A program made the position numbers and the translations under genes. Of a DNA stretch of 64,000 nt, positions 25,492-35,075 are shown in pieces. The notes beneath the pieces were generated by a model. That model was not told the DNA's origin. It searched no databases and saw only the letters and a list, made by a program, of their open reading frames with translations. The first letter of the stretch is position 1. Each line of letters opens with the position of its first letter. This DNA is from an uncultured Chloroflexia bacterium (GTDB lineage: Bacteria > Chloroflexota > Anaerolineae > Anaerolineales > Villigracilaceae): assembly GCA_963760245.1 (NCBI GenBank), contig CAVXCH010000004.1, forward strand, positions 20,241-84,240. Direction: 5' to 3'.

Positions 25492-27078
25492 TTATTTCAC
25501 TTTGTAGATCGAGACAGCGTCATTTTGATACACGAGCATAGCATACTCTTGGGAAACAGATAAATCCCCCAAGGCGCTGGTAAAGAACGCCCCCGTTTGC
25601 GGGTCTGTCTGAAGAACCGGATTGTGAAAATAGATGTAATCAAATCCCGTTTGGTTACTTTCAGCCCAACTTTCCATGCATCGAATTGATTGACCAATAC
25701 ATTTTTGGACATTTACCGATTGAGACAGGATCTCTTCAAATGAGTTTTTATTATCCCATTCATGCCCTTGAACAGTAGCGACGCTTGTGCGCTCGGTTAT
25801 CGCAGGGAACCATTCTGAAACGGGGTCATTGAGAGGGGAATCACCGGTCAACACCAGGAATTTGCTCTGGCTGCTTGTATTACTCTTAACCCAATCAAAT
25901 GCATTTTTATCAGAATTGGTAAGGGTGGCATTATTTAATATTGCAAAAATGGTGCCCGTGGAAGAAACAATCCAAAAAATCGTCAAAATGATAAAGAAAC
26001 CCCTGGATGCCCAGCCCGATAACGGGTGTGGATCACCGGTCCCAGCCTGGGGAGGATTTGTGGCACGATTAAACAACTGCAGGATACCAACCAATGCAGA
26101 ACTGGCAAGAATAGCCACACAGGGGCATAAAAACAGGGGTGCGCTGCGCGGTTCAGAAAAAAAGATCACCAACGTCCATACAGGCACAAAATATTTGCGC
26201 TCTGCGACCTGCCAGAACAACCCGATCAATGCAAGGGTTCCGATGATTTGAAGCCCTACTTCGTGCGTGAGGTTGGATTGGAAGATTTGCAGGATCCCCT
26301 CGATGCTGTATACACCCGTTTTTCCGGCAGCGATGAATGGGGTAATGCCATTGTGAACTAACACGGTGAACCACCATGGCGCGGTGACAATCAAGATCAG
26401 CCCGGCTACAAGAAGTGATCTCAATAATCCCTTTTTATCTCTTCCAAAGAATAAGAAGAACACCAATGCGCTGGCAGCAGTATGCAATGCGGTCTCAGGG
26501 TGGCTGAGAATCGTTAAGGAGGAAAAGACAGTCACCCATAAAATGTCCCGCTTACGGTTTTGGGAATATAACCTGTAAATAAAGTACAGGGATAAAAGAG
26601 CAAAGAAGAAGGCAGGTGACCTGGTAAGACCACCTCCCATGATCAACCAATCGAAGGAAGCCGGGATAAAAGCGAAAATAAATGTGGCGAAAACTACCTG
26701 CACCTTATTTTTAATCAGGAGGCTGGCCAGCAAATAAAAGGCCGGGATGGCGAGGACGGTAAAAATGGCAGGCATAACTCTGATAATATTTAGGAGTCCC
26801 CAGGAGGTCAGGTCAGACAGGAATCCGGTCAGGTACAAAAATAAAGGAGGATACGCGAAAGGCAGGTTAAGGTGGTTGTAGCTTGTGGTTACCGGCAAGC
26901 GATAGCCGTTTGCCATTAAATCCTTGATCATTGTATAAAATAGGCCGCCGTCATTTATCGGGAAATTAGATTGAAGAACGCCATAAAGGCGGATGGTTCC
27001 CCCAATCAAGATCGCCACTGCAAGAAAAATGATCGAAGGATCGATATCATTCAATCTGCGGGATACTCTCGTGCTCAT
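25492..27078 (-). CDS. GT-C-fold glycosyltransferase-like membrane protein (ArnT/PMT-like)
   Basis: 528 aa with 11 or more TM helices, an early loop FPINDGGLFY, and a C-terminal soluble domain. Confidence 0.5.
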   Translation of the reverse strand: MSTRVSRRLNDIDPSIIFLAVAILIGGTIRLYGVLQSNFPINDGGLFYTMIKDLMANGYRLPVTTSYNHLNLPFAYPPLFLYLTGFLSDLTSWGLLNIIRVMPAIFTVLAIPAFYLLASLLIKNKVQVVFATFIFAFIPASFDWLIMGGGLTRSPAFFFALLSLYFIYRLYSQNRKRDILWVTVFSSLTILSHPETALHTAASALVFFLFFGRDKKGLLRSLLVAGLILIVTAPWWFTVLVHNGITPFIAAGKTGVYSIEGILQIFQSNLTHEVGLQIIGTLALIGLFWQVAERKYFVPVWTLVIFFSEPRSAPLFLCPCVAILASSALVGILQLFNRATNPPQAGTGDPHPLSGWASRGFFIILTIFWIVSSTGTIFAILNNATLTNSDKNAFDWVKSNTSSQSKFLVLTGDSPLNDPVSEWFPAITERTSVATVQGHEWDNKNSFEEILSQSVNVQKCIGQSIRCMESWAESNQTGFDYIYFHNPVLQTDPQTGAFFTSALGDLSVSQEYAMLVYQNDAVSIYKVK

Positions 27079-27432
27079 CCGGAAGTCTCCAATAACTCAA
27101 TTCACTTCAACTGTTGCAGCTGCCGTTCATTTGTGTGGTTATTTAATATTCCTCGACCAGTAATATTCAAACCACAATTCGATTATATATGATTCATCCA
27201 TTTTAGAGACACCAAGCAGAACTCATGGAATGGACTTTCTCTCGAGAGTTGTGTTACCCAAATGTGCTTTTCGAATGCCACTGGGTTTGCGTATTTCAGA
27301 TATCGAGGTTTGCGCACTTTATGCCTGCTCATGGATGAAACACTTAATTGAATGAATGCATTGAATATTCCCCACTCGCTAACCGAGATCAGATACTCCC
27401 ACCGGCTTTATTTCCAGCAAAGGAACAGCCGG

Positions 27433-27951
27433 TTATTTCTCTTCGACGCTGATCTGAAAGTCACATTTCTCCCCACCTTCCATGATCGTCTGGGTGCGGA
27501 TCAGTTTCATGCGCGGGTTGAAACCGCTAATAAAAGACTCATCCCGATTGCAGGATAGGCAATAACCGAATTCCTTCATCCCCAGGCGCGCATACATTTC
27601 AGCGTAGCGGCAGTGGTTTACATTGAAACTCAACCTTTGGTCGGTTTGTTCCAAAATATCGTAGCACAGGGCATTATCTTCGGCCCAAATTTGTCTCACC
27701 ACTTGCAGGAGTTCGCGTGTGCTATTACCCCCATATTTCCCCGCCATGGTTTTCCCGGTTTCCCTGGCATCTGTCCGGATTGCTGCTGTCGCCACCTGCA
27801 TAGCTTTTTCTTGACCCAGCTCGCGGGTGAAACCATTTATGAGGGATACCAATAACGGTGCTTGAATCTCACGGCGTTCGAGGGTGCTGATCTCACGAGT
27901 GGAATGATTAGATTTGTTCCTATTTCTGTGACTCACATCATCTTCACTCAT
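27433..27951 (-). CDS. L-2-amino-thiazoline-4-carboxylic acid hydrolase family protein
   Basis: C-terminal CRYAEMYARLGMKEFGYCLSCNRDESF..GGEKCDF pattern is typical of the family. Confidence 0.65.
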   Translation of the reverse strand: MSEDDVSHRNRNKSNHSTREISTLERREIQAPLLVSLINGFTRELGQEKAMQVATAAIRTDARETGKTMAGKYGGNSTRELLQVVRQIWAEDNALCYDILEQTDQRLSFNVNHCRYAEMYARLGMKEFGYCLSCNRDESFISGFNPRMKLIRTQTIMEGGEKCDFQISVEEK

Positions 27952-28088
27952 ATAAATTCTCCCATTATGCCCAAGTAGGTCACTTTATATCTGGTTTTAC
28001 CTCAAGGAAAACCAGGCACGTATTCATCTCATGTAAAAATGCAGCATATTTGAGAGCCATAACGTGTTGGTTATTTTATAACATAAAA

Positions 28089-28257
28089 TCATCCGTAAAT
28101 TTCAGCACGCCCAAAGGCAGCCAGATTTACGGATGATGCAGGAATTGATTTGAGTAATAAACCCTGCTCTCAGATGTGCTGACTTTGTTACCTTCCAGCT
28201 AAGTTCCCGTTATTTTGGATTGGAATCCTAAGAAGGTTTCTGCTGCCTTAGCTGGAA
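28089..28257. other. Structured intergenic segment (candidate ncRNA or regulatory RNA); strand unknown
   Basis: Perfect 12-bp hairpin TCATCCGTAAAT (28089-100) / ATTTACGGATGA (28125-136). Perfect 11-bp long-range stem TTCCAGCTAAG (28193-203) / CTTAGCTGGAA (28247-257) enclosing GGATT-GG-AATCC. No ORF in the 444-nt gap. Confidence 0.3.
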
Positions 28258-28395
28258 CCGAAATCTTTAATGTGTGTTACTCGAACCTGACTAAATAAGG
28301 GTGATCACTCCTTATCCCTGCCCAGCAAGCAGGACGAGACGCCCCGTCCATCTCAGAGAACCAGCAGGCTCCCTCTAAGGGTCAGGAATTTTCGT

Positions 28396-29037
28396 CTATT
28401 TAGTGGCAATTTCCAGAAGACTGATCACCAGCGGCTTAATCAACTTTTGAAGAGCCTTCTGTTCGATGCCATCGACTTTCATAGTCAACATGTAGGTCGA
28501 GCTAGAATCGCCTTCAAAGGTGCTCAAGGCAGTAATATCGCCACCCTTTTCATAAATCGCCTTCGAAATCTTGGCAATTTGACCGGGCTGAGGAGGGATC
28601 AGGACGCTAAAGTGCACCCCCGGGCGGCGCGCTCCCAGCATTTCCAACATAATGTTGAAGAGATCCGCCTCGGTAATAATTCCAACCAATTCTTTTCCAC
28701 GCATTACAGGCAGGGAGCTGATCACGTTATCAACCATAATCCGGGCAGCTTCTTCGATGAGAGTATCTTCCTGGACCGTCCGGACGGTTTTAACCATGAC
28801 ATCCTTAACCTTGATCTTTTCGAGCAGGGAGGCGATTTCCCAGACTGCCAGGGAGGTCACGGAGGAAGGATAGGCTTTGCTGATGTCGTTCTTTGAAACT
28901 ATGCCCACCAGCTTGCCATTCTTGACCACGGGCAATTGCCCGATCTTTTCATGAGCCATCAACTCATGGGCTTTTGTGATCTGCAGATCGGGCTGGACCG
29001 TGATCACCGGGTGAGACATGCGTCTGCCAACGTTCAT
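28396..29037 (-). CDS. CBS-pair + ACT domain protein (AcuB-like)
   Basis: Two CBS repeats (MSHPVITV..LPVVKNGKLVGIVS; VRTVQEDT..LPVMRGKELVGIIT) and a C-terminal ACT-like segment. Confidence 0.8.
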   Translation of the reverse strand: MNVGRRMSHPVITVQPDLQITKAHELMAHEKIGQLPVVKNGKLVGIVSKNDISKAYPSSVTSLAVWEIASLLEKIKVKDVMVKTVRTVQEDTLIEEAARIMVDNVISSLPVMRGKELVGIITEADLFNIMLEMLGARRPGVHFSVLIPPQPGQIAKISKAIYEKGGDITALSTFEGDSSSTYMLTMKVDGIEQKALQKLIKPLVISLLEIATK

Positions 29038-29263
29038 AATTAGCCTCCAATGGAAATATTAATTAAATACGATGTAGTTGATGAGATACAATTTATTTTA
29101 CCACGCCCATCTTGTGCATTGGACTCTTCCCATGCTCGCACCGGTCGAAATATCCCCCGCAGGATCCGAGAACTCTTCCTCATGATTTCAACCACGGGCG
29201 CGGATCAGGTGACTTGCTGATCATGAGACAGCGACAGGTATATAATAAACCAGGAGATTTCGA

Positions 29264-29593
29264 ATGAACATTCAAGATGTCCCTTTTGGAACCATGGATT
29301 GGAGCACTGTGCCTCCCAGCGAACACCCGGGAACGACCGGCAAAGCCCTCTGGCGCACCCTTGAAATTGGTAACATCCGGGTGCGTATGGTGGAATACAC
29401 CCCGGGTTACCTGGCAGACCACTGGTGCAAGCGCGGGCACGTGCTGCTCGTGCTGGAAGGTGAGTTGGTGACCGAGTTGAGCGATGGACGAAAATTCCTG
29501 CTAAAAGCGGGGATGAGTTACCAGGTTGCCAATGACATCAACCCGCACCGGTCTTCCACCAGCACAGGGGCGAAACTGTTTATCGTGGATTAA
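29264..29593 (+). CDS. Small cupin-fold protein
   Basis: 109 aa with RVRMVEYTPGYLADHWCKRGHVLLVLEGEL...AKLFIVD. RBS AGGAG. Confidence 0.7.
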   Translation: MNIQDVPFGTMDWSTVPPSEHPGTTGKALWRTLEIGNIRVRMVEYTPGYLADHWCKRGHVLLVLEGELVTELSDGRKFLLKAGMSYQVANDINPHRSSTSTGAKLFIVD

Positions 29594-29731
29594 GGGTATA
29601 GGATTTCCGAGATACGCTGAGAACCCGTCCTGCAATCGAGGGATTTTCCATTGTGCCCGATGGCGTCATTTAATCCATGCGACATTACCAAAGCCAGGCT
29701 CTTTGACAATGAGAAAGGGGTGGCTGAAAGT

Positions 29732-30251
29732 TCATCTGGTGAAGGCGGGTGATTCCTTGCGGTACCGCAGCATCTCCATCCCCCAATAGACTTTGCGGTC
29801 AATGAAAGTTAATCCACATTTCTCCAGAACACGTATAGAGCCAAAGTTCTGCGGGTGGACCAGCCCAATGATGGCATTTAAATCTGCGTTATCAAACCCA
29901 AATCTCACAGCCGCCTGCGCCGCCTCGGTGGCGAAGCCACGTCCCCACACCCAACCGCTGAGCAAGTAGGCTACTTCATTCTCGCCGGTTTCGGGCAGGA
30001 ATTCCAGGCCATCCCAGCCAACCACCCTAAGATCCTCTCTTAAAGTGACAGCCCAGTGTCCATAGCCGCGCTCCTGCCAATGGTCGAGCTGGTGAGTAAT
30101 GTAGAGTTGCGTTTTTTCCAAGGTGAAAACAGTGGGCGGAAAAATATTTCAGGATATCAGCTTCCTGCAGGATCGCAAAGAGCGCCTCGGCGTCATCCAA
30201 TTTCCAAGGGCGCAGGATTAGATGTGGGGTCTTGAGAGTGGGGATGGTCAT
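29732..30251 (-). pseudogene. GNAT N-acetyltransferase (RimJ/RimL-like); one frame break as assembled
   Basis: MTIPTLKTPHLILRPWKLDDAEALFAIL.. (ORF 30027..30251) continues as PPTVFTLEKTQLYITHQLDHWQERGYGHWAV..GRGFATEA.. (ORF 29732..30121). The break is at the A5 run 30140-30144. Confidence 0.8.
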
Positions 30252-30352
30252 AATACGCGTCCATTAAGTGTTTAAAAAGCTCTCCCATCACTGGTGCTGG
30301 CAGTAACCCATTCAAGAGGCTGAAAAGAGCAATAAATATTATGCCGATGTGA

Positions 30353-30919
30353 TTAATTCCGCCCGGGGGAAGCCAGGAGTTTACCCAACTCGTAAGCCTC
30401 CTTCATCAGTTCGGGGCTCTTTTCAGCATCTCCGACTGCATCCAGCGAGCCGTGAACGATGCCGACAATCTCACTTTTAAGGAAGCGGCACATGGTTTCA
30501 TAAGTATGGATGGCATTGATGGCGCCGGAGGTATAGAGATCGGTGTCGCCGTAGGTGAGGATGATGCCAAACTGCTTGTGGCTGACCTCCTTCCACTTGT
30601 GGCCCTGGAATCCGTACCAGCGATCGATGCAGAGTTTAAGCTGGGCAGAAATCGTAAACCAATAAATAGGCGAGGCCAGCAGGATGGCATCCGCGGCAGC
30701 TAATTTGGGGTAGAGCGGTTGCATGTCGTCTTCGATGACGCATTCTCCATCAGCGCATAATTCACAGGCGTCGCATGGCCGAATATCGAGGCCGTGGAGG
30801 TAGATGCTTTCAACCTGCGCACCGGCATCCAATGCACCCGCGGCGGCACGACCAGCCAGGACGGCGCTGTTGCCCTTTTCGCGCGGGCTACCATTCAATA
30901 TGAGGATATTCTTGGTCAT
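30353..30919 (-). CDS. Flavodoxin-like NAD(P)H-dependent FMN reductase / iron-sulfur flavoprotein-like
   Basis: MTKNILILNGSPREKGNS.., Cys cluster CDACELCADGEC, and ASPIYWF. Confidence 0.75.
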   Translation of the reverse strand: MTKNILILNGSPREKGNSAVLAGRAAAGALDAGAQVESIYLHGLDIRPCDACELCADGECVIEDDMQPLYPKLAAADAILLASPIYWFTISAQLKLCIDRWYGFQGHKWKEVSHKQFGIILTYGDTDLYTSGAINAIHTYETMCRFLKSEIVGIVHGSLDAVGDAEKSPELMKEAYELGKLLASPGRN

Positions 30920-30929
30920 GAAGTTCTCC

Positions 30930-31376
30930 TTATCCGTGTTGAACGCGTGCAAAAGACCAGGCAGTGGCTGCCAGGTTAATAAAATACGTTACCAGGGTGA
31001 TAAAACCGCAAGGCTTGCTGACCGCGAATGAGAAACCGATCATGCCCATCAAGGCCAGGTAATACAGGCCCAGGTACAGTCCCAACCAGCGAGAATGGCG
31101 GAAATCAAATTTTAGCAGATAATCCAAGATGAATTCAACCGCATCATAGAGGACCAAAAGTCCTGGCAGGACGAACGTCCACCACGGTCGCGCCGCCGTT
31201 GCATTTAGGATGACCGCAGCCAGGAGGGGAACCCCCAATACGACCGCGGCCCAGCCGAATGCCCTCCCAACTTTAGGTTTGCCGCCTCCCCGGAACAGGA
31301 ACATGAACGCCAGCAGCAGATTGGCAAGGTTGGCAATAATGAAGACAGAAAAGTCGATAATATTGTTTAAGGTCAT
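30930..31376 (-). CDS. Small 4-TM membrane protein, unknown function
   Basis: Start at MTLNNIIDF (ATGA overlap with the CPBP stop at 31373-31376). Hydrophobic throughout. Confidence 0.55.
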   Translation of the reverse strand: MTLNNIIDFSVFIIANLANLLLAFMFLFRGGGKPKVGRAFGWAAVVLGVPLLAAVILNATAARPWWTFVLPGLLVLYDAVEFILDYLLKFDFRHSRWLGLYLGLYYLALMGMIGFSFAVSKPCGFITLVTYFINLAATAWSFARVQHG

Positions 31377-32239
31377 ATCATCCCTGAAAAAATTCCCAAG
31401 AAGATCGGGATATCCGTCCCAGCATGGAATAATATAGAGCCCCAAATGCTGTCCGTTTTTTGCATGATGTATCCCCAGGCCAGCCCCAGAGGGATAAGAA
31501 TTGCGAGAAATATGTAATCATTTGATGAATAAGTTACCCCTTTATGCAACAGGGTGAATACAAAGACAATCAACAGATTGGAAAGGAGACTGCCGAGGAA
31601 GGGCTGCAGCTTCCTTAAAAACAACCCCCGGAACAAAAGCTCTTCCTGGGCAGCGTTCGCAAGGACAGAGATCAATATCCAGGGGGTCCAGGAAAGGATC
31701 CTGGTGAATGACAGGTCTCCGGGTTTGAACATGAGAAAAGCCATGGGGATGGAACCTGCCACACAAATCGCGAAAGCGATCAATCCAATACTGAGTCCCT
31801 GCTTCAGGTTACCTTTCTGGATGAAGATCGATCCCAGGCTGCCGCCTGCCATGCGGGTGAAGAGGATAACCAAGCAAACAACAATGAAGCCCTCGTTCAA
31901 CTTCAACAGAGCAAAACTGGCAGGAGTGCTGCCATCGACACCCAATGAATCCATCAGGTATCTTCCAAATATCCAGTCAAGCGAGACTACGACGGCCAGG
32001 ATCAGAAGGCCAACCAATACTGGTAGATATTTGTCGTAGCGCGCGCTTTTCCGCACCAACCCAACAGCGATCATTAGCAAGGCGATCAAACCGATCCTCC
32101 CCAGGTAATCCGCACCACGTTCGAGGACAGGTCGCAAGGGACTGAAAACAATCATGACCAGCGATCCGATGACTGTGAAAAACAGAACCAGAAACAACCG
32201 TTCACTCCATTTTCCTGCCGAGGGTCGGTTATTTTCCAT
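31373..32239 (-). CDS. CPBP-family intramembrane glutamic endopeptidase (CAAX protease-like)
   Basis: Motifs EELLFRG, FTLLH and ILFHAGTD. Confidence 0.8.
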   Translation of the reverse strand: MENNRPSAGKWSERLFLVLFFTVIGSLVMIVFSPLRPVLERGADYLGRIGLIALLMIAVGLVRKSARYDKYLPVLVGLLILAVVVSLDWIFGRYLMDSLGVDGSTPASFALLKLNEGFIVVCLVILFTRMAGGSLGSIFIQKGNLKQGLSIGLIAFAICVAGSIPMAFLMFKPGDLSFTRILSWTPWILISVLANAAQEELLFRGLFLRKLQPFLGSLLSNLLIVFVFTLLHKGVTYSSNDYIFLAILIPLGLAWGYIMQKTDSIWGSILFHAGTDIPIFLGIFSGMI

Positions 32240-32326
32240 GCCGATTCTCCTTTTCCATGACTTCCTAATTCCATTCACCTATAGATTATTCCGTTTATAT
32301 ACTCACGTCAACACCTATTTTGGTTG

Positions 32327-32354
32327 GAAAAAATCCCTGCTGCCAGGCAGGGAT
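32327..32354 (-). terminator. Intrinsic terminator after the ABC-2 permease gene
   Basis: On the minus strand ATCCCTGC-CTGGCA-GCAGGGAT is followed by TTTTTT (plus-strand A6 at 32328-32333). Confidence 0.65.
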
Positions 32355-32418
32355 GGAATTGAAATTTCTACAAGTGTGTAATGGACGGCAAAAGAATTAA
32401 TTATTTAAGATCAAATTC

Positions 32419-33210
32419 CTAGAACTCCTCGCGGTTGAACCGCCACACCGCAACCAGGACGAACAGGATGCACTCCAATCCCACTACCACCAGCGGGATG
32501 TAAGAATAGATCGGCTGGTTGGACAGCAAAGCAGGCACAATGGCATTCGTCTCGTTATTAAGAGGGACGACCAGAGTCCATGGGATCAGGTATCTCAGTG
32601 CTGGCAACAATCCGACCAGGTACTGCTGCAGGAAAAGAAACGCCAGCCCAAGGCCAATAACCGGGCCACGGCTGTTGAAAAGGCTCCCAAGCATGAGCGT
32701 CAGGGTTAGAAAGAAAAGGTGGTTGAGAAAAATGACCCCAAGAGCCGCCAGGAAACGGAATGGATCCAGCGGTGCTTGCGTCCGGATAAAAAAGATGACA
32801 TAGGCGACCAATCCAGGCACTACCACCATGGTTGCCAGTACGCCGAGGCCGTTGGCAAGCAGCTTGGAAAGAATGAATGCGGGGCGGGCAGTTGGTTTGG
32901 ACATCACCCAGGCAGCCGTCCCGTCCTTTTTCTCCCCAACCAGGGCACCCTGCATGATAATGACAACGGCTACCGCTGGAAAGATTCCCGCAAAAAGGGC
33001 ATAGATCATCAACCCTTCCTCGATCTTAAAATCCGGCGAACTAAATAAAACCGCACCCAACAAGAACCCGATCACACCAGTCCAGACCAGGCATTCCACC
33101 CACCACATCCTGGTCTTCCACCAGCGGGACAGCTCATTGTTGAGAAGGTTATTAAGCCCACGCTGCCAGCCTCGCTCGCTCACCAATTCGAAATCACTAT
33201 TTCCGGACAT
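32419..33210 (-). CDS. ABC-2 type transporter permease
   Basis: 6 TM helices. Start MSGNSDF overlaps the ATPase gene by 14 nt. Confidence 0.7.
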   Translation of the reverse strand: MSGNSDFELVSERGWQRGLNNLLNNELSRWWKTRMWWVECLVWTGVIGFLLGAVLFSSPDFKIEEGLMIYALFAGIFPAVAVVIIMQGALVGEKKDGTAAWVMSKPTARPAFILSKLLANGLGVLATMVVVPGLVAYVIFFIRTQAPLDPFRFLAALGVIFLNHLFFLTLTLMLGSLFNSRGPVIGLGLAFLFLQQYLVGLLPALRYLIPWTLVVPLNNETNAIVPALLSNQPIYSYIPLVVVGLECILFVLVAVWRFNREEF

Positions 33211-34162
33211 CTTGATCTCCTTCGATGACCTGGATGAAGATATCTTCCAACTCATAGCGCTTACGACGGAATTCGGTCACCACCACCGGAGGGTTGGCCA
33301 GCAGTTTGAGCAGCTGCGCTTCTGCAGCCTGTGGGTCAGACACACTGACCTGCCAAGTGGTTTCATCCCCATGTTCACCGGTCTTGATCCCGCTGACCCA
33401 CGGTTGGGAACCAACCTGTTTGAGAGCCTGTTCCGTGTCACCCTTCAAGTTGATCAGGTAGATCACGCCTTCGCTTCCGGCGAGCAATTCCTCGATCGGA
33501 CCCTCAGCCACCAGTTGACCCTTGTTCAAGATAACCACCGTATCGCTTATGCGTTGGACGTCGTCCAGGATGTGCGTGGAGTAGAAGACGGTAGTGTACT
33601 TTCGCAATTTGGACATCACTTCCAGCACGTCACGACGGCCGATCGGATCGAGCGATGCAGCCGGTTCGTCCAGGATGAGCAGGTCAGGGTAATTGACCTG
33701 GGCCTGGGCGATCCCCAACCGCTGCCGCTCGCCACCTGAAAAGGTCTTCAAGGGGCGGTCGGCTTTGTCGGCAAGGTCAACCAGGTGAAGCATTTCTTCC
33801 ACCCGATCCTCTATTTTCTGTTTGGGTCCCTTGAAAAAAAACCTGGCGGTGAAGCGCAAGGTCTGACGGGCGGTCATGTATTCATAGAAATGCGGTTCCT
33901 GCGGCAGGTAACCCACGCGAGCGCGGATATCAACGCTCTGATCGATCGTGTCCAGTCCAAATACAGTGGCACTTCCTGCCGTGGGGCGGATCAGGCCAAG
34001 CAGCAGCTTGATCGTGGTGGTTTTCCCTGCACCGTTGGGTCCCAGGAAACCAAAAATGGAATTCTGGTGAACATGCAGGTCTAACGAATTAAGTACCTTA
34101 ACGCCTTTATAGGTCTTGGTCATGTCATGCGTGTCAATGACAAGGGGCGTGGATTCTTTCAT
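33197..34162 (-). CDS. ABC transporter ATP-binding protein (ABC-2 / DrrA-like, with C-terminal extension)
   Basis: Walker A GPNGAGKTT, signature FSGGERQRL, Walker B LLILDEP. Confidence 0.9.
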   Translation of the reverse strand: MKESTPLVIDTHDMTKTYKGVKVLNSLDLHVHQNSIFGFLGPNGAGKTTTIKLLLGLIRPTAGSATVFGLDTIDQSVDIRARVGYLPQEPHFYEYMTARQTLRFTARFFFKGPKQKIEDRVEEMLHLVDLADKADRPLKTFSGGERQRLGIAQAQVNYPDLLILDEPAASLDPIGRRDVLEVMSKLRKYTTVFYSTHILDDVQRISDTVVILNKGQLVAEGPIEELLAGSEGVIYLINLKGDTEQALKQVGSQPWVSGIKTGEHGDETTWQVSVSDPQAAEAQLLKLLANPPVVVTEFRRKRYELEDIFIQVIEGDQDVRK

Positions 34163-34234
34163 AATGTTTTCTCCGCTTGCGATTTGCCTTTATTGTATCA
34201 AACTACAAATCAACAAGATGCTATAATTTTGATC

Positions 34235-35048
34235 ATGAGATACGAGACCCTTCACAATTTGTGCATCCCGAAGATAGGATTCGGGACATGGAGGATTGGT
34301 GGCGAGAACAGCCCCAACCCCGCCCAGGATGCCCGGTCTCTGACTGCACTGCGTTCAGCTCTTGACCTGGGGTACACGCATATCGATACCGCCGAATCCT
34401 ATGCCGCCGGTCATGCAGAAGAACTGATCGGGAGGGCGGTGCGCTCCGCGGGGATTTCGAGGGAAACTTTGTTCATCACTTCGAAGGTCAGCCCGGAGCA
34501 CTTAGGTTTTGAAGACGTCCTGCGTTCCTGTGAAAACAGCCTACACCGGCTTGATATGGATTATATAGACTTGTATTTGATCCACTGGCCAACGAGAGGA
34601 ATGGACCTGAATGAGGCCTTCCGCGCCCTCAACACGCTGGTCAAAGACGGCAAGGTCAGGCACCTGGGGGTAAGCAATTTTGATCTCAAACTCCTCAAAG
34701 AAGCCGTGGATTTGTCGAATAGCGCGCTTCTTACGAACCAGGTGTCTTACAGCCTGCCAGACCGGTCCTGCGTAGAGAATGGCGTCCTGGCAGTACTGCC
34801 AGGAAAATGACATCCTTTTGACAGCTTATTCTCCCGTAAAGCGCAGGTTTATCCGTGGGGACAACCCGTTAAAGTCTCTAGCGAAGAAGCGAGGCGTTTC
34901 AACTCAGCAGCTTGCTCTGGCCTGGCTCGTCCGACAGCCGCGTGTCATCGCCATCCCCATGTCGTTCAACCCGCAGCACCAAGCTGAAAACCTGGCCGCG
35001 GCAGACATGGATCTGACCGAGATTGAATTAGCCCTATTTGAAAAATGA
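34235..35048 (+). pseudogene. Aldo/keto reductase; one frame break as assembled
   Basis: GFGTWRIGG..DTAESYAAGHAEE..DLYLIHWP..GVSNF, then ..ENGVL / YCQENDILLTAYSP.. in the next frame (ORF 34779..35048). Break near 34788-34795. Confidence 0.85.
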
Positions 35049-35075
35049 TGGAGGGGGGAGCAGGGATGAGATAGG

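Noticed and set aside
28300-28395. TPP riboswitch on the minus strand (a CTGAGA box is present)
   Set aside because: The flanking consensus elements (the ACCC..GAACCTGATC..GGTAATACC..GCG pattern) are absent. The match is limited to a 6-mer.
25492-28400. Apparently lower-GC stretches (about 25.5-28.4 kb, 49.7-51.7 kb, 54.7-57.0 kb) as horizontally acquired islands
   Set aside because: This is judged only by eye. No integrase, tRNA target, direct repeats or mobility genes flank them, and membrane-protein genes and long intergenic regions alone could explain the composition.
34222-34237. TATAAT box 8 nt upstream of the aldo/keto reductase ATG as evidence for a leaderless mRNA
   Set aside because: I found no acceptable -35 element at 16-19 nt spacing, and a single hexamer in a 72-nt divergent region is weak evidence.
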